Shown here piece by piece: positions 57,964 to 64,000 of a stretch of 64,000 nucleotides of DNA; the first letter of the stretch is position 1; the number at the start of each line of letters is the position of its first letter. The notes beneath the pieces are model-generated. The model was given only the letters and a program-made list of their open reading frames with translations. It ran no database searches and was not told where the DNA came from. Made by a program: the position numbers and the translations under genes. This DNA is from an uncultured Victivallales bacterium (lineage in GTDB: Bacteria; Verrucomicrobiota; Kiritimatiellia; UBA8416). Where the stretch lies: positions 35,139 to 99,138 of the forward strand of contig CAZCDU010000005.1 in the NCBI GenBank assembly GCA_964497125.1, given 5' to 3'.

Positions 57964-59770
57964 GATTCTCGGCTCCAGGGTTGGTTGTGGCAGCCTGGGC
58001 GGCTGCTGTCAGGGGCGATTCCGTCATAATGCCGACATCAGCGACCTGAAGGACGGCGACATCGCGCTGTAGACGCAGGTCGGCAAGCCGGTAACTGATG
58101 ATCGCGCTGGTCAGGGCGTTACGGGCAGAGAGCAGTGACTCCTCGGCCTCCAGCAGATCCCGCATCTCGGCACGGCCGGCCTTGAGGAAGAGATCGGTGC
58201 TGTGCTGCCGGCGTTCCGCTAGTCGCACGGCCTCCAGCTGTGTGGTGATGCTCTCGCGTGAGGCGGCCAGATCCCGCAGTCCGTTGCGGATATCGAGTTT
58301 GATGTCATCCTCCGCATCCTGGGCATCACGCACGGCCTGTTCGAGTTTAATGATACTGTTACGGAAGGCGTTGCGCTCGGCCGTTCGTTCGAACGGGAGA
58401 TCGATGGAGAGGAGTCCGGAGAGAATTCCCTTCGAGAGCTCCAGGTCCGCATTGCCCTGGCCGGCGGATCCCAGCGATCGGCTGGCTCCGGCCGAGGCCG
58501 AGCCAAGCAACGATATCTCGGCGCGCAGCGCGTCCGCCGCAATGACGACCGCTCGCTGAGCGTCTGCGACCCTCCCTGCTGTCGCGCGCAGGTCAAGCCG
58601 GTTCTCGAGCGCCATCACGGTGACGCCGCGAACATCAGGGATGCTGGTGGTATCTGTGCCCCGCGCTTCTGCATCGGCAACGAGGCGGCTGAAAGCATCC
58701 CTACGGACCGTAAGCTCTGCATCCGGCGGCAGACCGAGGGTGACTTTGAATCGGTCCAGCGTCTGTGCTGCAGTCTGTTTGGCGCCGACGAGTCGGTCGT
58801 AGGCCCTGAGTTGATCCTGGTGGGCCTGGTTGACCTGGATCTCCGGAAGGCGACCTGCTTCTGCCACGGAACGCGCACGCTCAGCGGATGCAACCAGGGT
58901 GTCGTAGTTGCGCTGGGCGTTGTAGGTGCGGTCGTTGGCCTGCATGACATCGAGGTACGCTTCTGTAACGCGAACAGCCAGACCGCGCTTGAACTCCTCG
59001 AGCGAATAGATGGCGTAGATGACGTCCCGCTCGGCCTGGGTCAACGCCTCCCGTGCGATATGGCGTCCGGCCCCGCGAAGCAATGGAATGGAGACGGTGG
59101 CATCTGCGGAAAGCCCCCAGGCGGATTCGCGATCTCCGGTGAGAAGCTTGACCAGGTCCACGGCGATCTGCCCGGAGATTGCTGCTCCCGTCTTGAACGT
59201 CTTACTCACGGATGTGACGAGGCCGTTCTCGACTCCCTCAACGGTATCATCGCCACTGCGGTCGCTGCTCACCTCCGTGTCAAGGGCGCCGGCAAAGGTC
59301 GAGCGAAAGGCATCGCCCTGGAGATCAAGCGCCAGTGCGCTTTGGAATACGGACTCTTTGACCGACTGGTAATCGCGGCTGTTGCGGGCGGCAATCTGCA
59401 AGGCGTCCTGGAGGGAAAGCTCAACCGTATCGTCCTGGTTCCATAAGACGCTGACGACGTTGGTTGAATCCGGCGGCACGGGATGGGCTTCCGTCGGCCA
59501 GTGAGGCGGGGGCGTGAGTTCGTGCGTACTGAGCGTCGCCGCACTGTGAGCGGGCAAGTCCTGGACAGCCATTAGGCGTCTTCGCAGCGTGATCGCGGGT
59601 CTCTCGATTGTGAATGCTTCATCGGAACCGATGACGCTGTTGCGCGTGGCATCGACGGCTGTCGTGGCTACGCGATCTGCCTGCGCGCGATAGTGCGCGG
59701 GGGTACGGCAGCCGGTCAGCATGGCGCAGGAGAGCGTCAGCGGCACAAAGATGACAATGCGAAATTTCAT
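57956..59770 (-). CDS. TolC-family outer membrane efflux protein
   Basis: Lipoprotein-like signal LTGC; two OEP-type coiled-coil repeats; operon context. Confidence 0.7.
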   Translation of the reverse strand: MKFRIVIFVPLTLSCAMLTGCRTPAHYRAQADRVATTAVDATRNSVIGSDEAFTIERPAITLRRRLMAVQDLPAHSAATLSTHELTPPPHWPTEAHPVPPDSTNVVSVLWNQDDTVELSLQDALQIAARNSRDYQSVKESVFQSALALDLQGDAFRSTFAGALDTEVSSDRSGDDTVEGVENGLVTSVSKTFKTGAAISGQIAVDLVKLLTGDRESAWGLSADATVSIPLLRGAGRHIAREALTQAERDVIYAIYSLEEFKRGLAVRVTEAYLDVMQANDRTYNAQRNYDTLVASAERARSVAEAGRLPEIQVNQAHQDQLRAYDRLVGAKQTAAQTLDRFKVTLGLPPDAELTVRRDAFSRLVADAEARGTDTTSIPDVRGVTVMALENRLDLRATAGRVADAQRAVVIAADALRAEISLLGSASAGASRSLGSAGQGNADLELSKGILSGLLSIDLPFERTAERNAFRNSIIKLEQAVRDAQDAEDDIKLDIRNGLRDLAASRESITTQLEAVRLAERRQHSTDLFLKAGRAEMRDLLEAEESLLSARNALTSAIISYRLADLRLQRDVAVLQVADVGIMTESPLTAAAQAATTNPGAENHE

Positions 59771-59784
59771 AACAGACTGGGGAT

Positions 59785-59813
59785 ACTACCGCATGCCTCT
59801 GGTTAGGGCAAGT
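59785..59813 (-). promoter_or_regulatory. Sigma-70-like promoter TTGCCC-N17-TAGTAT upstream of efflux operon
   Basis: Minus-strand read ttgccctaaccagaggcatgcggtagtatccccagtctgttATG. Confidence 0.4.
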
Positions 59814-59915
59814 GGCGGACGATGCTCCGGGCTATTATGCGGTGTGGGAAGTGCGGGGGAGTGGACTAGTAGGGTCCGAGCGCACTCGGACTAATCATGG
59901 GCGCAACTTCTTTGG

Positions 59916-60010
59916 TAGGCCGGACATCTTGTCCGGCAGAGGAAGAGGACCGACGGGCAAGATGCCCATCCTACATATGGAGTCGAAAACGTTAGGAAAC
60001 AGGTGAAGTT
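59916..60010. repeat. Dispersed repeat module (hairpin gccggaca-tct-tgtccggc ... gtgaagtttcagg) shared with 53436-53560
   Basis: 23-nt identical core gtaggccggacatcttgtccggc at both loci, similar 3' end. Confidence 0.6.
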
Positions 60011-60015
60011 TCAGG

Positions 60016-60549
60016 CTAGTCCTTGATTCCCGTGACAATGTGAACGAGATCGAAGGCGCTGTGAATGCGGTGGCGCTCGGTGATGTAGATGTCTTCGAGG
60101 GAGGCAATCGCTGTAGGCATTCCGCTCCGGCTTATCATGACGTATGCGTCCACAATGATGTCGGGTGGCGTGCCACGGGCTCGCATACTCATGACTTCCC
60201 ACAGAGGCAGGTGCACGCCGTGTGCCTCGGCAGACAACCACGCCCGCAGTGTGCCGAACGCGGAGGGTTTCCCGCCAACGGGTTTGATGGCTTCATCTGC
60301 TGATTCCGTGGGGTCGACGGGAGCACTGGGGTTGAGGCTCTTTCCGTAGAGCTTTGTGCACAGGAACTGGGTTGCGCAGAGGGCCGCCGGAACCGCCATC
60401 AGGATGGCGCCTGAGAAGATCAGGAGAATTCCGAGCCAAGCGCCCTTGAGGAGAATGGCGACACCACCCACCATGACGGACATTCCGAGCAATGAAAGCA
60501 GACCAAGCCGGAGGAGGACGAGAGCGAGATGTTTCCAGTCACGAGCCAT
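60016..60549 (-). CDS. Hypothetical membrane protein (2 TM)
   Basis: ORF with two N-terminal hydrophobic helices; no recognised motif. Confidence 0.35.
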   Translation of the reverse strand: MARDWKHLALVLLRLGLLSLLGMSVMVGGVAILLKGAWLGILLIFSGAILMAVPAALCATQFLCTKLYGKSLNPSAPVDPTESADEAIKPVGGKPSAFGTLRAWLSAEAHGVHLPLWEVMSMRARGTPPDIIVDAYVMISRSGMPTAIASLEDIYITERHRIHSAFDLVHIVTGIKD

Positions 60550-60580
60550 GTTGACTCATGCTAGCGCGAGTGACGCACAA

Positions 60581-61237
60581 TTACACGTCAAAACCCACGC
60601 CGACGCGGTCACAGAACGAGACGATAGGACAGCGTTCGCACTGGGGTCGTATGGGTTTGCAGAGCGTCTGGCCGAACGAAACAAGCTGCCGGTTCCAAGA
60701 CTTCCAGTAGCGTTTTGGCAAGATCTCTCTCAGCCGCATTTCCGTTTCGAGCGGCGTCTTCGTCACGAGGAGTCCCAGGCGGTTGGAGATGCGGTGGACA
60801 TGGACATCCACGCAGATGCCGTGCTTGTCAAAAGCCACCGTAACCACAAGGTTCGCTGTCTTCCGTCCGACACCGGGCAGCTTGCATAGTTCATCAATGG
60901 TTTCAGGAATCCGGCCTCCGAATTCCCGGTCCAGGACATCCGGCAGTTGCTTCAGGTGTTTCGCTTTGACGCGGAAGAACCCCACTGGGTGCAGGAGTTT
61001 CTCCAGTTTCGGAAGCGAGACGCGCCGCAGGTCCTCGGGACACTGCACGACCTTGAAGAGCTTCTTCACGACTTGTGTCGTGGTCTCATCCTTGGTGCGC
61101 GCACTGAGTATGGTCGCCACGAGGACCTTGAAAGGCGAGCCAGTCTGTGCCTGGATGAACTCGATGATCGGTGCGTCGTGCTTGTCGTACTCGCGCTTCA
61201 GTGCCTTATGGACGGCGGGGATATCATCAACCGTCAT
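60581..61237 (-). CDS. nth: Endonuclease III (HhH-GPD base-excision repair glycosylase with 4Fe-4S cluster)
   Basis: HhH LPGVGRKTANLV, catalytic D, C-terminal CX6CX2CX5C. Confidence 0.85.
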   Translation of the reverse strand: MTVDDIPAVHKALKREYDKHDAPIIEFIQAQTGSPFKVLVATILSARTKDETTTQVVKKLFKVVQCPEDLRRVSLPKLEKLLHPVGFFRVKAKHLKQLPDVLDREFGGRIPETIDELCKLPGVGRKTANLVVTVAFDKHGICVDVHVHRISNRLGLLVTKTPLETEMRLREILPKRYWKSWNRQLVSFGQTLCKPIRPQCERCPIVSFCDRVGVGFDV

Positions 61238-61241
61238 GGGG

Positions 61242-61949
61242 CTAGCTCGTGTAGGCGCTATTCATCTGCGTCAGAATCTCGTCTGCGGCTGCAGCGGGAT
61301 CGTTGGCCTCCAGGATCGGGCGCCCGACGACGAGAAAGGACGATCCGCCGTTGACGGCCATCGCGGGGGTGGCAACGCGCTTCTGATCTCCCACATCGCC
61401 TCCGGCTGGGCGAATGCCCGGCGTCACAAGTATCGGCCCGTCACCAAGATTCTCGCGGAAGTTGGCCACCTCGAGCGGCGAGCAGACAAGGCCATCAATG
61501 CCGCAGTCAATGGCAAGGCGTCCCAATGCGGCGGTGTGATCGCCGATGCTGCGCAGAATTCCAAGTTCGGTGAGATCATCCTGGTCAAGGCTTGTCAACG
61601 TCGTCACGGCAACGAGCTTGGGTGCCTTGTCACCCTCTTGAGCGGCGGCCTCCGCTGCAGCGCTAAGCATGGCACGCCCGCCCCCTGCGTGCACGGTAAG
61701 CAAGCCCACATTGTGCTGGGCTGCCGCCTGTACGGCCCGGGCAACGGTTCGTGGGATGTCGTGCAGCTTGAGGTCGAGGAAGATTTGTTTTCCGCTCTCG
61801 GCCAGAAACTCAAGTGCAGCCGGTCCGGCCGCTGCAAACAGTTCGAGGCCGATCTTGTAGTGAGTCACCCCGCTGGGCAGTGCATTCACAATAGCGGGGA
61901 TCTCATCGGCGGTTGGGACATCAAGGGCGACAATCAGCTCAGGCTTCAT
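61242..61949 (-). CDS. pyrF: Orotidine 5'-phosphate decarboxylase
   Basis: LIVALD, FLDLKLHDIP motifs. Confidence 0.85.
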   Translation of the reverse strand: MKPELIVALDVPTADEIPAIVNALPSGVTHYKIGLELFAAAGPAALEFLAESGKQIFLDLKLHDIPRTVARAVQAAAQHNVGLLTVHAGGGRAMLSAAAEAAAQEGDKAPKLVAVTTLTSLDQDDLTELGILRSIGDHTAALGRLAIDCGIDGLVCSPLEVANFRENLGDGPILVTPGIRPAGGDVGDQKRVATPAMAVNGGSSFLVVGRPILEANDPAAAADEILTQMNSAYTS

Positions 61950-62391
61950 CTACAGGGCTCCCGGGGTTCGGTTTTTCAATCGTAACGCGTCGCGTATCAG
62001 GTTCATCCATAACTTCAAAGGCAACGTGAATGGTGCTCTCCGGCAGCAGGTCTCCGGCACGTTCGGCCCACTCGATAAGGGTGATGCCCTTGGAATCGAA
62101 GTAGTCGTCAAGTCCGAGGGTGAAGAGCTCATCCGGGTCTGCAATACGATAGAGGTCCATATGGCAGAGCGGCAGCTGCCCCTCGTACTCGTTGATCATC
62201 GTAAAGGTAGGGGAGGTAATGGCATCAGGAATGCCGAGGGCCCGGGCAATGCCGGTTGCGAAGCAGGTCTTGCCACTACCGAGGTCACCGTGCAGGGCCA
62301 GCACGCTGCCCGGGCAGAGGGATGATGCCAGTTGGCGGGCCAGGCCCTGTGTGGCCTCGACGGAATTAGTGATGGCGGTTTCTGTATTCAT
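61939..62391 (-). CDS. tsaE: tRNA threonylcarbamoyladenosine biosynthesis ATPase TsaE (YjeE)
   Basis: P-loop GDLGSGKT, SPTF motif. Confidence 0.8.
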   Translation of the reverse strand: MNTETAITNSVEATQGLARQLASSLCPGSVLALHGDLGSGKTCFATGIARALGIPDAITSPTFTMINEYEGQLPLCHMDLYRIADPDELFTLGLDDYFDSKGITLIEWAERAGDLLPESTIHVAFEVMDEPDTRRVTIEKPNPGSPVDEA

Positions 62392-63470
62392 TACGACGTG
62401 GCCAGTAGGGGGGCAAGGTTCTCGCGCAGCTCTGCCTCGAGATCGCGCTGACGATAGCGGGCTAACCGTTTGGATTGCTGTTTGACGACAGCGGCTCGCA
62501 GGGCTGCGTTGCCGGTGAGCTGGCCCAGCAGCTCGGCGGCAAGGTCATATCGGCGTTCTGATAGCAGAAGTCCGCTGCCATCCAGGGTTTCGGGAACAGC
62601 TGCCGATGCATGTGCAACGATCGGTACACTGTGCAACATGCTTTCCAAGAGCGGGATGCAGAAGCCTTCATGCTCACTCATGCAGAGAAAGGCGTCTGCG
62701 CTGGCGTAGCAGGCATTGAGTTCGGGTTGCGTGACGGTACCACAGAAGAGGACGTTGTTCAGTTGCAGTTCCCGCACATACGTGGTGAGGAGGCTGTAGT
62801 AACGTTCAGAGCCGGCATGCGATCCAACGTGAACAAGCCGGGAACGTGGCTCAATGGTCTTCTGGTAATAAGCGAACACCTGTAGCAGGTCCTCAATCTT
62901 CTTATTGGGTGTGCAGCGACCGACGAACAGGATGTTCTTGCAGCCATCCGAGAGCTTGCTACGCATCCGCGCATCGATATCGTCCGTCAGCCGAGAGAAA
63001 TCCAGCACCAGCGGCAACACCGTGACGTCGCGGTAGCCTGCTGCTTCCAGCTCAGACGCATTGAAACGACTGTCCGCCATGTTCACTTCGGCAATATAGG
63101 CGAGAGCGGCGATCTGCTCCCGCCCTCGTTGCAGGATTCCCGCTGTCTGCTTGTTGACGAGCTCGAAGTAGTTGGATGGCGTGATGTTGTGGTACAGAAT
63201 CGCTTTCTTGCATGGCAGCTCTTTGAACGCGTCGTTGACTTTGGAGCCGACGGAAAGGTGCAGGAGGACGATGTCGTCCGGCGATGCGACGGGGATGTAG
63301 TGTTCGATATCTCTCACCTGTTTGCGCTGCGCCGGCTGAACGCAACGGTCTTCACTGAAGATCTCAGATGTATAGCCCCAGCGCCGGAAAATCGTGCGGA
63401 ACAACGTTGCCTCATTGCTGATGGCATCGCCTGGCGTATGGCCGGGAGAGAATTGGTGAATAGCAGACAT
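62391..63470 (-). CDS. Glycosyltransferase family 4 (GT-B fold)
   Basis: EGF/EHEGFCIPLLESM motif typical of GT4. Confidence 0.7.
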   Translation of the reverse strand: MSAIHQFSPGHTPGDAISNEATLFRTIFRRWGYTSEIFSEDRCVQPAQRKQVRDIEHYIPVASPDDIVLLHLSVGSKVNDAFKELPCKKAILYHNITPSNYFELVNKQTAGILQRGREQIAALAYIAEVNMADSRFNASELEAAGYRDVTVLPLVLDFSRLTDDIDARMRSKLSDGCKNILFVGRCTPNKKIEDLLQVFAYYQKTIEPRSRLVHVGSHAGSERYYSLLTTYVRELQLNNVLFCGTVTQPELNACYASADAFLCMSEHEGFCIPLLESMLHSVPIVAHASAAVPETLDGSGLLLSERRYDLAAELLGQLTGNAALRAAVVKQQSKRLARYRQRDLEAELRENLAPLLATS

Positions 63471-63506
63471 GGCCTAAGTAAAACAGCGCAGACCGCTCCG
63501 GTCAAT
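63471..63506 (-). promoter_or_regulatory. Conserved promoter-like motif TTGACC-N17-TTTACT-N6-ATG upstream of GT4 gene
   Basis: Minus-strand read ttgaccggagcggtctgcgctgttttacttaggccATG; near-identical to rluB upstream motif. Confidence 0.45.
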
Positions 63507-63591
63507 AGGCCAATGCTAAATTGGCAGCGAAGCGGCAAATCTGAGATTGGGAAAGCGGAAATGGTGAAAAGGCGAGGGTCATGGTTCCGGG

Positions 63592-64000
63592 CTAGTCCTG
63601 CTCGCCGGTACCATCGATCACGGAATCCAGCAGGACGGCGTCGGGATTGATACCAAGCTTCTTGAGCTTGGTGGCGACCGCCTCGTTCTTAGGATCAAGG
63701 GCATAGCTCTCGCGCCAATAGCTCGTTGCCACGGCTTTATTGCCGAGGGCGTTATGGACTTCACCCAGGTGATCAAGAATCTCGGCGTCAGGCCCCATCA
63801 GCTTACTGGCCTTCTCAAGTTCTGTCAGGGAGTCTTCGAAGCGGCCCTGCTTGAAGTGGATCCACCCGAGTGTATCACGGTAAGGCGCGCTGTCGGGCAC
63901 CAGTTTCAGCGCGCGGTTGACGTATTCAAGTGCGCGATCCAGTTTCATGTCGGCCTCGGCCCAGGTGTAGGCGAGGTAGTTCAGAACGCGGTGACTCTCA
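63592..64000 (-). CDS. TPR-repeat protein, partial (5' end beyond window)
   Basis: TPR-like helices; reading frame remains open upstream of the annotated ATG to the window edge. Confidence 0.55.
   Translation of the reverse strand, partial: ESHRVLNYLAYTWAEADMKLDRALEYVNRALKLVPDSAPYRDTLGWIHFKQGRFEDSLTELEKASKLMGPDAEILDHLGEVHNALGNKAVATSYWRESYALDPKNEAVATKLKKLGINPDAVLLDSVIDGTGEQD

Overview
This 64-kb window is high-GC (about 60%) bacterial chromosome, gene-dense on both strands. Gene content (GH51 arabinofuranosidase, DUF1080+ThuA, Tat-signal Gfo/Idh/MocA oxidoreductase, PEP-CTERM protein, membrane-fused spermidine-synthase-like protein, a Bat/MoxR aerotolerance-type operon, GldA/F/G-like ABC system) is typical of the PVC superphylum (Verrucomicrobia/Planctomycetes-like). 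No homology search was possible, so all family calls rest on motifs recognised by eye.

Main blocks:
- 1-7.9 kb: carbohydrate-related genes, plus a 1.94-kb near-identical direct duplication (6009-7947 / 9517-11455) flanking an IS200-like Y1 (HUH) transposase element.
- 11.8-15.8 kb: a cluster of secreted proteins of unknown function: two tandem paralogs, a protein with an internal domain duplication, a PEP-CTERM protein and a Cys-rich lipoprotein.
- 15.8-25.6 kb: large membrane proteins, rluB, UDP-sugar pyrophosphorylase, a 56-bp tandem hairpin repeat, and an ankyrin+FGE-sulfatase protein.
- 25.6-44.1 kb: one long minus-strand supercluster. Order: histidine kinase, sigma-54 (NtrC-type) response regulator, ABC ATPase/permease/GldG-like/DUF4340, MoxR ATPase, DUF58, BatA, BatB-TPR fusion and two BatD-like proteins.
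- 44.3-47.8 kb: divergent hsp20 and clpB, both preceded by sigma-54-type -24/-12 promoters.
- 47.8-52.7 kb: housekeeping genes (tsaB, IMP-cyclohydrolase-like, queD, PHP phosphatase, AraC regulator, MalK-like ABC ATPase).
- 52.74-53.79 kb: a 1-kb non-coding block of nested structured tandem repeats.
- 53.8-59.8 kb: a tripartite MacAB-TolC-like efflux operon with an ankyrin lipoprotein.
- 60-64 kb: nth, pyrF, tsaE, a GT4 glycosyltransferase and a partial TPR gene.

Several dispersed intergenic repeat families and conserved upstream motifs are reported as findings. No tRNA, rRNA or CRISPR was recognised.
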